Assembly (NCBI RefSeq): GCF_009914755.1
Contig: NC_060939.1
Length of the DNA stretch: 64,000 nucleotides
DNA from: the human T2T-CHM13v2.0 reference genome, Homo sapiens
Reading direction: 5' to 3' (one strand)
Of the stretch, positions 49,560 through 63,481 are shown piece after piece. How positions within the stretch are numbered: the first letter of the stretch is position 1; the number at the start of each line of letters is the position of its first letter. A program made the translations under genes and the position numbers. Under the pieces are notes generated by a model. The model was given only the letters and a program-made list of their open reading frames with translations. It ran no database searches and had not been told where the DNA came from.

Positions 49560-50650
49560 AGAAATAGGAGACAACTTTAAGAAATTTTTAAAATTATTGT
49601 CCTCAGAGAGAGTTAAGTGGCCATTAATTAGTAAAATGAAGAAATCTGGTTTCAAAAAAGAAAGCCATTGGAGAACAAGTGCACTCTAGAAATTAAAAAC
49701 ATGACTTTAAAAGTAAAATTTCAGTGGGAGGCAAAATAGTAGAATGAAAATAGATTAATAAAAATTGTTGGCCTGTAAAAACAAGTAATAGAATTCTACC
49801 CAACTGGCAAAAAAAAGAGATGTAAATGATTAAAGATAAATGATATGGAAGATAGGTCTAAAAAATTCCACATATAGTAACAGGAGATGAAGAACGAAAA
49901 AAATAGAGAAAATGAATGAAAGCAATAATCAAAGAAATAATAAAGAAAATTTCCCTGATCTAAAGTTTTCTATCTTCAGATTAAAAGGGTTCAGTAAGTG
50001 AAGAGCAGTAATATTATTTTTTTTTACATACAGATTTCAAAATCCAGGATTAAAATTAAAATATTTTAATTTTCCAGAGAAACACAACAATTTATGCATA
50101 AGAAATGAAAATTAGATGGGCATGGAACTTCTTACATACAACACTAGATGTTAAAAGACAATGGAGCTCTGTTTATGAAGTTATGTGGAAAAGTAGTTTA
50201 AACCTTAAATTCAATATGCAATCAAAATTATCACTAAGTATGGAGGTAAAGAATATTTTCAGATATGCAATGACTCAGATAGTATACCACCCATATATTC
50301 TGAGAGAGAAATAAAAGAGCCCCCAGAATGACTTCTGTAAAATGAAAAATAAATCATAGTGAAGAATTCAAGAAAGAGGAAGATGTGAAACTAAACCAAT
50401 AAAATAGTAGTGGGCAAAGAAATCAGTAAAATCCTTGAGTCAAAATGATTGCAGATAATGTTGTGAAACTTAATGGCACTGTTAGGAAAAAGATGACTAA
50501 AATAGAAGTTAATAATATTTCTAAAACTGAAGCAATCTGGAACTAAAATTCTTAGTAATTTCAATCTCAAGTAACAAGGAAAAGGGAAGTAAAAGCTAAC
50601 TAGAATATTTATTTTGCATGGATGGGATAATACAAATTCTGGTTAATTCT
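49560..50650 (+). mobile_element. Ancient L1 ORF1/HAL1-like remnant
   Basis: A-rich; gaaaatttccctga, acactagatgttaaaagacaatgg, ttttcagatatgcaa ORF1-type motifs. Confidence 0.6.
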
Positions 50651-50694
50651 TCTAAGGAAAATATAGGTCAGTTTATCAGAAGTTTCAATTTTCC

Positions 50695-51203
50695 TTTTTT
50701 TTGTAAATAGACTTTACATTTTAGAACAGGTTTAGGTTTGTAACAAAATTGAGTTGAAAGTACAGAGAAGTCACATATTCCTCCTACCCGTTCACATTCA
50801 CAACCTCCCCCACTGTCAGCATCCCCCACTAGAGTGGTACATTATACTAGAGTTCACTATTTTCTTAAGACACAGGGTCTCACTCTGTCACTCAGGCTGG
50901 AGTGCAGTGGTAAAATCATAGCTCACTGCAGCCTCAAATTCCTGGACTCAAGTGGTCCTCTCACCTCACCCTCCTGAGTAGCTGGGACTACAGGCAGTGC
51001 CACTATGTCTGGCTAATTTTTTTTTTTTTTTAATTTCATAGAGACGGGGTCTTGCCTTGTTACCTAAACTGGTCCTGTATCCCTGGCTTCAAGCAATCCT
51101 CTAGCCTCTGTCTCCCAAAGCACTAGCATTACAGGTTTGAGCCACCATGCCCAGCTGTGGTTCTATGGACTTGGACAAATGTATAATGACATGTACAGCA
51201 TCA
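50695..51203 (-). mobile_element. L1MC/MD 3' end fragment, interrupted by AluJ
   Basis: aatagactttacattttagaacaggtttaggtt...tacagagaagtcacata...ggacaaatgtataatgacatg. Confidence 0.75.
50860..51155 (-). mobile_element. AluJ
   Basis: atcatagctcactgcagcctc J-type diagnostic. Confidence 0.9.
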
Positions 51204-51243
51204 GAGGTTTTTTTTTTTGATAAATTAAATGTAATTAAAAAAA

Positions 51244-51471
51244 TTTTTTTTTAGAGACAGGACCTTGCTCTGTCACCCAGTCTGGAGTGCAGTGACACAA
51301 TCATAACTCACTGCAGCCTCAAACTCCTGGGATCAAGTGATCCTCCCACCTCAGCCTCTGGAGTAGGTAGGACTACAGATGCACCACCATACTTGGCTAA
51401 TATATTTTTTTCATTTTTTTTGTATTTTCTGTAGAGATGGAGTCTCCCTGTGTTGCCCAGTCTGGTCTTGA
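51244..51471 (-). mobile_element. AluJ, 5'-truncated
   Basis: atcataactcactgcagcctcaaactcctggg... Confidence 0.88.
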
Positions 51472-51874
51472 GAGCTTCAGTTTTAAATAATAAATTGTTC
51501 TCGTCTTTCTAAATTTCAATCAAAACACAGGATGTATTTTAAAAGGGAAAAACTGTGAGGTAAAAGAATAGGGTGAGGGGAGGAAAGAAATAACTTCATA
51601 GAGAAAAATTCAATGAACCCTTGGAAGAAAATATATGGAAGTATGGTTACTGACTTGGGAAAGAAGAGAAAGGTACAATGTAACTGCACATAGAAGCCAG
51701 TCCTGAAAAGAAGCAAGCCGGCTGAAGTTATCTGCAACTCAGAAGCACTTGGTACCACCCAAGGGGAGATAAGAGGTAAGGTGGGAAAAAGGGCAGTGAT
51801 TGAGACCACTACAGACACCTGGACTTGCAAAAGATAGCAATGGATACGTAATAAGCCAAGCAAATTCAAAATAA

Positions 51875-52040
51875 TTTGGTGATGAATATGCTAATTAGCT
51901 TAATTATGGTAATCATTGCACAATTTATATGTGTATCAAAGCATCACATTAAACATCTTAAATATATATAATTTTATTTGTCAATTATACCTCAATAAAG
52001 CTGGGGGAAATTTTAAATAAAAATAAATAAATAAAAATAA
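51875..52040 (+). mobile_element. L1MA9/MA10-like 3' end
   Basis: ttttatttgtcaattatacctcaataaagctgggg followed by an A-rich tail. Confidence 0.75.
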
Positions 52041-52504
52041 GTTAACTAGTAAATTCTGAAGAAACAAAAATAATCATAGTATTGCTTTTTGGTTTAAGAG
52101 AAATAAAATTTTAGGTAAACTTTGTTGGTTTAATTTAGTAAGGTTGGTTTCAGGAAACTGTGGATGGATCAGCAATAGGAAATCTGTTAATGTATTCATG
52201 TTGTTTACTAGATTAAAAAATACAAAATGCATGGTTATTTAGGTGGATAACAAAAATGTGTTGGACAAATTTGCATTCCGGGTATTTAAAAATGTATTAG
52301 TAAACAAAAAACAATGGATACTTCCTACTTGTCAGAAACCCAAAGCAACTAAGCAGTTACCAGTACAGCACTTTTTAATGGGACATTACTATTAAAATAA
52401 GGACAGACTAAGATCCCTGACTCAGCTTTGTTTTAGAAATCATAATAAATGGAAAATATGTCTGTTTGCAGATGATATGATCATCCTTCCTAGAAAATCC
52501 AAAG

Positions 52505-52875
52505 CATTAATTAAGGTAGGCTAAACCACTATAACAAATGAGCACTAAGTTTCCAGTTGCTTAAAAAGAAGCTTATTTTCATTTAGATAAAGTGCTCCAG
52601 GTCTGCGTGCAGCTCTCCATGATGTAACTCAGAAACTCAGCATATTTCCACCTTGTGGCTCCACTATTCCCTGGGGACTTAATATCACATGCATAGAAGG
52701 GTGCATGTGGGGGATTTTTTTAGAAGTGACCCCCATTGCTTGTATTCATAATCTATTATTGGACTTGGTCACATGGCCAGAGCTAACAGTCAGGGTGTTT
52801 AGTAATAAGTTTTAGCTATTTGTCCAGAAGGAAAGGGAGACTAGGTTTTGATTGACAATAGCAGTGTTCCCCACA
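52505..52875 (-). mobile_element. MLT1J-like LTR
   Basis: ttccaccttgtggctccac...ggtcacatggcc...tgtccagaaggaaaggg. Confidence 0.6.
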
Positions 52876-53013
52876 AGAACCACTTGAAATATCCAAATGC
52901 TTATCAATATAAAAATCTAAAAAGATAAAATTTAAAAATCAGTCGTGTTTTATTACAGATTACTCAATTAAAATATACAATATTAACTTTTTAATTTTTT
53001 TAATTCAATGTAG

Positions 53014-54062
<1,049 letters not shown>

Positions 54063-54477
54063 TTTAAAATCTTTAATAAAATAACTATGATATTTTAGAA
54101 ATAAACAACAAATAATATATAAAATCAATATAAAGAAAGTATGAAACTATATTAGATACAAATAGATTTGAATAATATAATTATTCTATTTCCTCTTGAA
54201 AACACTCAATTGTATAAAATAACCAATTCATTTTAAATTACTGTATAAGTTCCATGCAATCCCAATAAAAATCCCAGTGGCTTTAGTTGATGCTCTTTGA
54301 AACTTGAGTCTAAAGATCATCTGGAAATGTAATGTGCAAAAAGAATAAGAAAAATTTGGGAAACAAAATTTTTACATCTCAAGCTTTACAACAGTAATCG
54401 AAGCAGTGTGGCACAGTAACAAAAATAGACAAATTGATCATGATACAAAATAGAGTCCAGAAGCAGACATATATATT

Positions 54478-54920
54478 GTCAGTTAGTGATAAACCACCTC
54501 ACAACATAGTAGCTTAAAATACAAGAATATTTCACTCCTGAATCTGCAATCTTAGCAGGGATGACTAGTCTGTGCTCCATATGAGCCCTGGGGGCTCTAA
54601 CAGGTAGAGCTGGCCAGACATCTCTCTCTTTGTTAGTCTTCAGACCTCTCAATATGTTTTCTTATATGATCTTTTTAGCATAGCAACCTCAGAGTAGTTT
54701 GACCTCTTACATGCTGATCAGAGATCCAAGAATGTTTTAAAGGTAAACATTCTAAGAGGACTGGGATGAAGTTGCAGGCATTTTATGACCTAGCCTCAGT
54801 CATTTCTGACACTTTTCAATGGTCAAGCAGACCACTATGGCCAATCCGATTTAAGTGGAGAGGAATTAGGTCCCATCTCTCAATGCGAGGAGTAGCAAAG
54901 AGTTTGTGTTAATTTACTAC
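54478..54920 (-). mobile_element. MLT1H-like LTR
   Basis: tagtagcttaaaa...tagcatagcaacctcagagtag...ttttatgacctagcctcag...agtagcaaagagtttgtg. Confidence 0.6.
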
Positions 54921-56151
54921 ATATGAGAATGCAAGGTGACAATTGGCAAAGCATTTGGCGGATGAAGGAGAGAAAAGATTGATCTCTACCTCACACCATA
55001 CACAAGTAAACTATCACATGGGTTTATCTTTAAAAGTAAAAGTAAACCAAGAACATAACTTACAGAAAAGGATTTAGTATGTTTAAAGGACTAGGTAATA
55101 TAAAATAGTGAAATAGCTCTGTTCTCTCATGTTACCACTCTTCAAAGTGGTTCTGCCAGATCACCATTCATTCTGTATTCTACTCCAGAAAGATCTCAGA
55201 GCTTTTCCAGTCATTTTCAGACATTAGGACATGGGAACTCCTGTGGAAAGAGTGTGTCAATTTTCAGATATTAAACACCACAATCTCATCAAAATCAAAA
55301 CTTTAATCTCACATCCTAATGTACAGCTTTTCTGCTTTCCAAGCTTGGGCCTGATCAGCTGGAGAGAAGGGACAATGGTCTCTGGTTTTAATTTTCCTCT
55401 TTCTTGCCTTTCCACTCCTTCTACTGCCACACACCATGCTGCCACTGAGCTTCTCCAGGAAGAGGAAAAGGGATGAGAAGAAAGGACTGGTGCTGTCGTA
55501 CCTGTTCTCATGTCCTCCATCATGGCAGTCAACTCAGTGCTGGATGTGTCAAGAGTTCAGCTGAGTTAGAAGAGAGAGCAGAACTGTCAGGTGTTGGAGT
55601 AGCTAATTAAAGTAACATGCAAAAAACAAGAGTTGAGCCTGTAATCACTCACTGTGATGGTATAAGCAAGAGATGAAAAGCAGAGAAAATGTTGACTCAC
55701 CCTGTTCCATTTTCCCCCATTGAATTGTACCCTGGTGGAGGATCAGGTGAATCAGCATAGATGTGGGGGTTGTTTCACTGCTCAGGAAGCCCCAAACAAA
55801 AGATTTCAGCAGATTTATGGATCCTGAGGCCAGAGGGAAGGCAAAGGCTAAGGGAAGAGTACTAGTTATTGAGTCAGAGTGGGGAAAAATGTCTTCAATG
55901 TTTCCCCTCTTTCCCCCTTAAGGAGATCTCATCAGAGGTGCCTGAAAAGCACCTCAGCCGAAGGCCTCACATAGAGAGACCTAAGAATGAAGGCACCTGG
56001 ACTAGGAATGTGAATATGTGAAAGAACATGACCGGCCAGGGGCCCTGAGTTATTGAATGCAACCCCCTTCAGACACTGCAACGCACAGGCTGTGCACCAA
56101 GCCTAGTATGGGAAGGACAGCTTTTCTTCATGAGGCCTGCCAGGTAAAGCC

Positions 56152-56310
56152 AGCTATGAAACAGGAAGTTGACCTTCACCAGACACTGAACCTACTGGCA
56201 CCTTGATCTTGGACTTCCCAGCCTTACAAACTGTAAGAAATAAATGTCTGTTGTTCATAAGCCACATAGTTTGTGATAGTTTGTTATGGCCACCTGAACA
56301 GACTTAGGCA
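56152..56310 (+). mobile_element. MLT1A0-like LTR, 3' part
   Basis: ccttcaccagacactgaa...ccttgatcttggacttccca...gaacagacttaggca. Confidence 0.8.
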
Positions 56311-56402
56311 GGGTGCCTCATTATAACCTGGCAAGGGTGTAAATTTAGGTGGTTCCCTTCTTGGACTTTTCTGGTGGAAGTGGAGGTAGGGCCACAGCTT
56401 TT

Positions 56403-56433
<31 letters not shown>

Positions 56434-56786
56434 GAAGCAGAAAATGTGGTGTTTGGTGGAAGCAGAAAATGTATTGTCTAGATGTTTTCTCTCTTATTAT
56501 AATAGATTACCCCTTTCATGGTCTTTTGGCTAGACAGAGTAACCTTTTTGGGGGTCTTTTTCATCAGTGCCCATTGGTGCTTTCAAGTCAATGGCTTCTT
56601 TAGCTCCAAAAAGGTACACAAAGACAACTCTGGGACCTCACCACCATATCATTCCTTAAATTCATAGTCTGCCTTCTTCTCTCCATCTTTCAAGATATTT
56701 TTATGTTTATATGTTATCTAGAGTTCTAAATTTTACTTAGCAGGAGGAATAGGGAAAAATACAACTACTCTATCATCCTGGCAACA
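56311..56786 (-). mobile_element. L1MC-type 5' end fragment containing (TG)n
   Basis: Minus strand ccaggatgatagagtag...ttttccctattcctcctgctaag...gagagaagaaggcagac. Confidence 0.6.
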
Positions 56787-56910
56787 GTTTAATATTTAAA
56801 ATATGTATTTTTTAAAATCAGATAAAATACATGTTTTTTTGAAAGATTTAGTTCAATCACAAGTTACTTCAGGAAGTTTTTCCTAATCTCTCAGTCTTAG
56901 GTTAGGGCCC

Positions 56911-59249
56911 TGATAAGGTTTGACTCTGTGTCCCCACCCCAATCTCACTGTACTCCCATAATTTCCACATGTCCCCATCCCAATCTCATCTTTAATTATA
57001 TTCCCATAATTTCCACATGTTGTGGGAGGGACCCAGTGGGAAACAATTTGAATCATGGGGGTGGTTCCCCCATACTGTTCTCATGGTAGTGAGTAAGTCT
57101 CACAAGATCTGATGCTTTTATCAGGGGTTTCTGCTTTTGCATCTTTCTCATTTTCTCTTGCCGCTGCCATGTAAGAAGTGCCTTTCACCTCCCACCATGA
57201 TTCTGAGGCCTCCCCAGCCTTGTGGAAATGTAAGTCCAATTGAACCTCTTTTTCTTCCCAGTCTTGGGTATGTCTTTATCAGCAGCATGAAAATGGACTA
57301 ATACAGTAAAATGGTACCAGTGGAGTGGGGTATTGCTGAAAAGATACCCAAAAATGTGGAAGAGACTTTGAAACTGGATGACAGGCAGAGGTTGGAACAG
57401 TTTTGAGGGCTTAGAAGAAGAAAGGAAAACGTGGGGAAGTTTGGAACTTCCTAGAGATTTGTTGAATGGCTTTGACCAAAAACCTGAAAGTGATATGGAC
57501 AATAAGGTCCAGGCTGAGGTGGTCTCAAATGGAAATGAGGAACTTTTTGGGGACTGGATGCAAAGGTGATTCTTGTCACGATTTAGCAAAGAGACTGGCA
57601 GCACTTTGCCCCTGCCCTAGAGATCTGTGGAACTTTGAACTTGAGAGAGATGATTTAGGGTATCTGGCAGAAGAAATTTCTAAGCAGCAAAGCATTTCAG
57701 ATGTGACTTGGGTGCTGTTAAAGGCATTCGGTTTTATAAGGGAAGCAGAGCATGAAAGTTTGGAAAAATTGCAGCCTGACAATGTGATAGAAAAGAAAAC
57801 TTCATTTCTGAGGAGAAATTCAAGCTGGCTTCATAAATTTGCATAAGCAATGAGGAGCCAAATGTTCATCCCCAAGACAATGGGGAAAATGTCTCCAGGG
57901 CATGTCAGAGGTCTTCATAACAGCCCCTGCCATCACAGGCCTGGAGGCCTGAGAGAAAATGGTTTCATGGGCCAGGCCCAGGGTCTCCATGCTGTGTGCA
58001 GCCTAGGGACTTGTTGCCCTGCATCCCAGCTGCTCCAGCCATGGCTGAAAGGGGCCAACATAGAGCTCGGACTGTGGCTTCAGAGGGTGGAAGCCCCAAG
58101 CCTTGACAGCTTCCACGTGGTGTTGAGCCTACAGGTGCACAGAAGTCAAGAACTGGGGTTTGGGAACCTCCGCCTAGATTTTAGAAGATGTATAGAAACA
58201 CCTGGATGCCCAGGCAGAAGTTTGCTGCAGGGGTGGGGAGTTCATGGAGAACCTCTACTAGGGCAGCATGGAAGGGAAATGTGGGGTCAGATCCCCCACA
58301 CAGAGTCCCTCCTGGGGCACTGCCTAGTGGAGCTGTGAGAAGAGGGCCACTGTCCTCCAGACCCCAGAATGGTAGATCCACCGACAGCTTGCACCATTTG
58401 CCTGGAAAAACGGCAGACACTCAATTCCAGCCCAGGAAAGCAGCCAGGAGGGAGGCTATACCCTGCAAAACCACAGGGGTGGAGCTGCCCAAGACCATGG
58501 GAGCCCACCTCTTGCATCAGCATGACCTGGATGTGAGACCTGGAGTCAAAGGAGATCATTTTGGAGTTTTAAAATTTGACTGCCCCACTGGATTTGGGAC
58601 TTGCATGGGCCCTGTAACCCCTTTGTTTAGGCCAATTTCTCCCATTTGGAATGGCTGTATTTACCCAATACCTGTACTGCCATTGTATCTGGGAAGTAAC
58701 TAGCTTGCTTTTGACTTTACAAGCTCATAGGTGGAAGAGACGTGCTTTATCTCAGATGAGACTTTGGACTGTGGGCTTTTGGGTTAATGCTGGAATGAGT
58801 TAATACTTTGGGGGACTGTTGGAAGGGCATGATTGTGTTTTGAAATGTGAGGACATGAGATTTGGGTGGGGCCAGGGGCAGAATGATATGGTTTGGCTCT
58901 GTCTCCCCACCCAAATCTCACCTTGAATTTTAATAATCCCCATGGTCAAGGGCAGTAGCAGGTGGAAATAATTGAATCATGGGAACAGTTTCCTCCATAC
59001 TATTGGCATGATAGTGAGTGAGTTCTCACCAGATCTGATGGTTTTGCAAGGGGTTTCCCTCTTTGCTTGGTTTTCATTTTTCTCCTGCCTACTGCCATGT
59101 AAGACGTGCCTTTGCTCTTCCTCACCTTCCACCATGATTGTAAGGCCTCCCCAGACATGTGGAACTGTAAGTATATTAAGCGTCTTTTTCTTTATAAATT
59201 ACCCAATCTTGGGTATGTCTTTATTAGCAGCATGAAAACAGACTAATAC
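56911..59249 (+). mobile_element. THE1 MaLR provirus: 5' LTR 56911-57305, internal 57306-58882, 3' LTR 58883-59249; LTRs discordant
   Basis: THE1-int homologous to 1728-3299; both LTRs start tgata and end near gactaatac; no TSD. Confidence 0.92.
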
Positions 59250-59359
59250 CCATGGTGTCTTGCATATAATAGGTACTCAATATACATGTGTTGTTGAAGA
59301 AAGAGAAATTTTAGATTTGGAGTGTTTTAAGAGGACACAATATGAAACCGCAAATTAAG

Positions 59360-59505
59360 AAAATTGGTTTGTCCTAGCTCAGCTGCTTATTATAACATAG
59401 TAGTAAATAGATGAAGTCACTTAGCCCCCTGTTTTCACTTTCTTCATCAGTAACCTGAGAATAAAACATGATCATATAGACAACGTAAAATATATTTGAG
59501 ATTGG
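59360..59505 (+). mobile_element. MIR fragment
   Basis: gtcctagctcagctgctta...aagtcacttagcc...tttcttcatcagtaa. Confidence 0.55.
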
Positions 59506-60508
59506 TGGTGATTATGACCATGTGGTGTTTAACAGAATTGGTTTTGTCTGTGTCTTTGTTAAAGATGGCTCAAGTGACCAGTTTCATAGGAAACAGACTG
59601 TGCAAGTGACCTCAAGAGTGCAGATGTAAGTTACTAGCTCCACATTAATTCAGCCGATCTCAAGGCTCATTATATGGCAGTTGCCCCTGAGACAAGAGTC
59701 TGCCTTAGGTGACTGTCACAGTTGGTGCTGATGTTCCATTCAATCATTCTCAGCAAATGCATCTACCTGTGCCAACTCGCTTTTTTGCTCACAGATTAAT
59801 TTCTCCATGAAATGTCTCAAACACAAATATTGAAAGAGTGTAGCACAGGGTCTGTTTCCAGGGTGAGTTTTGAAAGAAAAAAAAATAGTCAAGATAATTG
59901 TAATTGCACAAAGGGCTTCCTCCAAAAGGACATGGAGTCTAGCATTAACAATCAAGGGCAGATACTGTCTGAAAAGCAGCAATGGTAGAAGGTAGTGGGC
60001 AGAGGACAGGGTAGCAAGCAGCTCAAGGTAACACCTTGTGCGCCTGCAAAGGATCTCCAGTGCACTTGATGCAAAATAGTGAGCCCTGCTGGACTCTAAA
60101 AACTACTTCCTTGAGACCACGGAAAGGACCAAAAATGACCTCATTGAAACAAACAAAAAAGTAAAACAAGAAAGTCAGAAAAAATCATCTAAAATGAAGA
60201 CCCAACTTTGAGTCTATACTCAATGGAACCTAAAGGTGGAGCTTGGGATTCTAGAGAAATGCTGTTATAACTCAATAGAAAATAATTTTAGCAGTTTCTG
60301 TAGGAGGCAAGGAGGAAAGAGAAGCAGATGAATCAGACTAGCTTGGGTGTATAAAAAGGCCAGTGGGAGTAGTGATGATCTGGGAGAAAGTGCAGAGTAA
60401 AAAGAGGCATATGGGAAGTTATTTGGCTCTCTGTGTTTAACATAATTTTAACTCTTGACCCCCAGTGCCGGTTGGGTGTCATTTAGGGCTGCTATTAAGT
60501 ATACAGTC

Positions 60509-60596
60509 TACACACACACACATATGCATACACTTTCACAAATACAGGCACACATACACATGTGCACATGTTCACACAAACGTGTGCATGCATACA

Positions 60597-60633
<37 letters not shown>
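60509..60633. repeat. Compound (CA)n microsatellite
   Basis: Imperfect CA run followed by a perfect CA run. Confidence 0.95.
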
Positions 60634-60636
<3 letters not shown>

Positions 60637-60695
60637 TGTTTGACTGCTGATAGTTCATTATCCTGAGAAGCATAATCCACAAAATCAGTAGTTTA

Positions 60696-60977
60696 TTTTA
60701 CTTATCTTGAGACAGGGTCTCTGTGTCTTTCAGGCTGAAATGCAGTGGCACAAACATGGCTCACTGCAACCTCAACCTCTGGGCTCAAGCAATTCTCCCA
60801 CTTCAGGCTCCAGAATAGCTGGGACCACAGGCATGCACTACCATCCTTGGCTAATTTTTTTAAATTTTGTAGAAGCAGGGTCTCACTATGTTGCCTCGAA
60901 CTCCTGGGCTCAAGTGATCCACCTGCCTTGGTTTCCCAAAGTACTGGGATTACAGGTGTGCGCCACCATGCCCAGCC
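60696..60977 (-). mobile_element. AluJ
   Basis: Reverse Alu; 15-bp TSD-like aaaatcagtagttta / aaaattagtatttta. Confidence 0.88.
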
Positions 60978-61519
60978 AAAATTAGTATTTTAAAGTGGAT
61001 TATGTTGTTAATTCAACTCTCTCAGAACTGAGAAACTTGAAGAGAAAAAGTATAGGACAACTGGCACGCACTTATAAACAGGAGGCTTTCATACCATTAA
61101 ATAGGATGCAGTGGGGTTTTTTGGCAGCAAACTTGCTGTTGCACAATGGTTATGGTAAGAAATCGCAGCTGATAATACACTCTTCCTTTACCACCATATA
61201 AAACCTCATAAGATTCATTCTGTTGCCTTCTAGGCTGTGGCTTATCACGGGTAGAAAAAATATTCATAAGTCTGAGGAAATGTTTAATTTCCTGTTCTCC
61301 AGCCTCCATGGTAAGGAGTCTTTTACATTTATAGGCTCCCTTCTTTCCAGCATCTGTGACATAACTTTCAGGAGACTAAAAGCAAAATCCACCATATTGA
61401 TTGTCTCCTAGCCCTGTGGGCGATTCCCAGTAACTGGATCAGACAGACTCATCCCAAACCTTGTACCTCAATTCTGATCGTTCTATCCCTGCCTAACAAA
61501 TTTTGTGTCAGTTCTGGTC

Positions 61520-62313
61520 ACCATCCAGAACTCAAGAAGATTAAGCCATGATCCTAGGCATTACCCTAGACTTCTTCATCGCCCAACAGAATCATCACCA
61601 GATTCTATTCAGTTTAATTCCTAAACCTCACTTGAATCCAATTCTCATTAACCACAGTTTGAGCCATTATCAGTTCACAGCTGTCTTATTATCACAGCCT
61701 CTAAATTCCTCTGCCAGCCTCCAGGTTTGCTGCTCTCAAATTATTCTCTGCAGCCAGAGTAATCATCATTCTAAATGATCCACCCTCTTCTTAAAGTCCT
61801 TTAGTAACTTCCTCCTGCTCCCCAAATAAACTTCAAACTCCTTAGCAAGAATAAAGGGCTCGACCTGACGTGACCCTGATAACCACACTGACTTGGTACT
61901 GCTCACCCTTCCACTCACACCTACCTGCAATCTGCACTCCAGAAATGTTGAACTACTTGCAGTTCCCCCAAACAAGCCTTTCTCTTTCTCACTTCTTGGC
62001 CTATGTTCATGCCGAGAACATAACCTGTTGCCCACTCATCCTTTGGGTCCCTGTTTACATGGCACCTCCTCAAGGAACCCTTTGATTGCCCAAAATGAGT
62101 TATATGCCTTTCGAAATGACCTCATAGAAACCTGTACTTTACCCTGTGATGGAAATCTTGCTGAGGTATAATTGCCCACTTACTTACCTTTGTCTGCCCT
62201 TGGACAGTAAGCACCAGAAGGTCAAGGTGTAAGTAGATCTCATCACCTCTGCATCCTCACATCCAATACATATCCTGGCATATCAAAGCTCCACCATAAA
62301 TATTGGCTGAATT
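61520..62313 (+). mobile_element. L2 LINE 3' fragment
   Basis: cagccagagtaatc, aaactccttagcaag, gaactacttgcagttcccc, 3' end cctggcata...taaatattggctgaa. Confidence 0.75.
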
Positions 62314-62531
62314 AGCATATAAACACCCAGGCTTTAGAAATGAAGTCATGCCTCCATCTTTCTGCTTTCCCTTGCACCCTTCAGGGAGAGTAATCCTGCC
62401 TAATCTCCAGTCCTGTGGATGGACTCTGTTTAAAATCCTTCCATGTCTTCTCCCTAATCATAGAATAAAGTCCAAATCCCTTAATATGACCTAAAAACTC
62501 AATTCCGCTGGGTCCCTGTTCCATTACCACT

Positions 62532-63058
62532 TGTGGTAACCAGCCTCCAAGATGGCCCCCAATGACCCCAGCCTCCTGGTCTTCACATCTTTGTCCCTCC
62601 CGCATTGTATCAATATTAGTCTGTGTGACCAACAGCACATAGTAGAAGTGACAACATACAACTCCTGCACTCAGGTCATAAAAGCCATCAAGTCTTCTGC
62701 CTCTCTCTCTTGAGGATTGCTTACTCTACAGGAAGTTAGCTGCCATGTCATGAGCAACCCTATGGAGAGACCCATGTGGTGAGGAAGCAAAGTCTCTACA
62801 GCAGTGAAGAACTGAAGCCTCCGGCCAACAGTCATACACCGGCACCTTTGTGGAAGCAGATCCTCCAACCCCAGTCAATCCTTCAAATTACTACAGCCCC
62901 AACCAATATTTTGGTTGCAACCCCATGAGAGACCTTGAGCCAAAAATCACCAGCTAAGCCACTCCAGAATAGCTGACTCCAGAAATGATGAGATAATAAA
63001 TGATTACTGTCTTAAGCCACTGAGCTCTAGAGTAATTTATTATCCAGCAATAAATAGC
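62532..63058 (+). mobile_element. MLT1F-type LTR within an L2 fragment
   Basis: tgtggtaaccagcctccaagatggcccccaatga...cagctaagccactcc...cagcaataaatag. Confidence 0.82.
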
Positions 63059-63187
63059 ATTCTAGCCCTGCCATAGCCCACTGCCCCTTGTGAGGCTTTT
63101 CTCAATTCCAGAACTATGCCAGGCCCCCTCTGGCCTGGGGCCCTTCTCACATGCTGTTTCTTTGCCTTTCTTCACCAGGACAATTGC

Positions 63188-63481
63188 TTTTTTTTTTTTT
63201 TAGATGGAATTTTGCTTTCGTCGCCCAGGCTGGAGTGCAATGGTATGATCTCGGCTCACCGCAACCTCTGATTCCCAGGTTCAAGCGATTCTCCTGCCTC
63301 AGCTTCCCGAGTAGCTGGGATTACAGGCATGCACCACCACGCCTGGCTAATTTTGTATTTTTAGTAGAGACAGGTTTTCTCCATGTTGGTTAGGCTGGTC
63401 TCAAACTCCCGACCTCAGGTGATCTGCCTGCCTTGGCCTCCCAAAGTGCTGGGATTACAGGCATGAGCCACCGCTCCCAGC
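63188..63481 (-). mobile_element. AluSp
   Basis: caccgcaacc, tttctccatgttgg, ctcccgacc; TSD gacaattgctttt. Confidence 0.93.

Noticed and set aside
58188-58703. 171-aa ORF and its homologue at 1907-2329
   Set aside because: Both are fragments of the degenerate THE1-internal ORF; neighbouring segments are frameshifted and there is no sign of a host gene.
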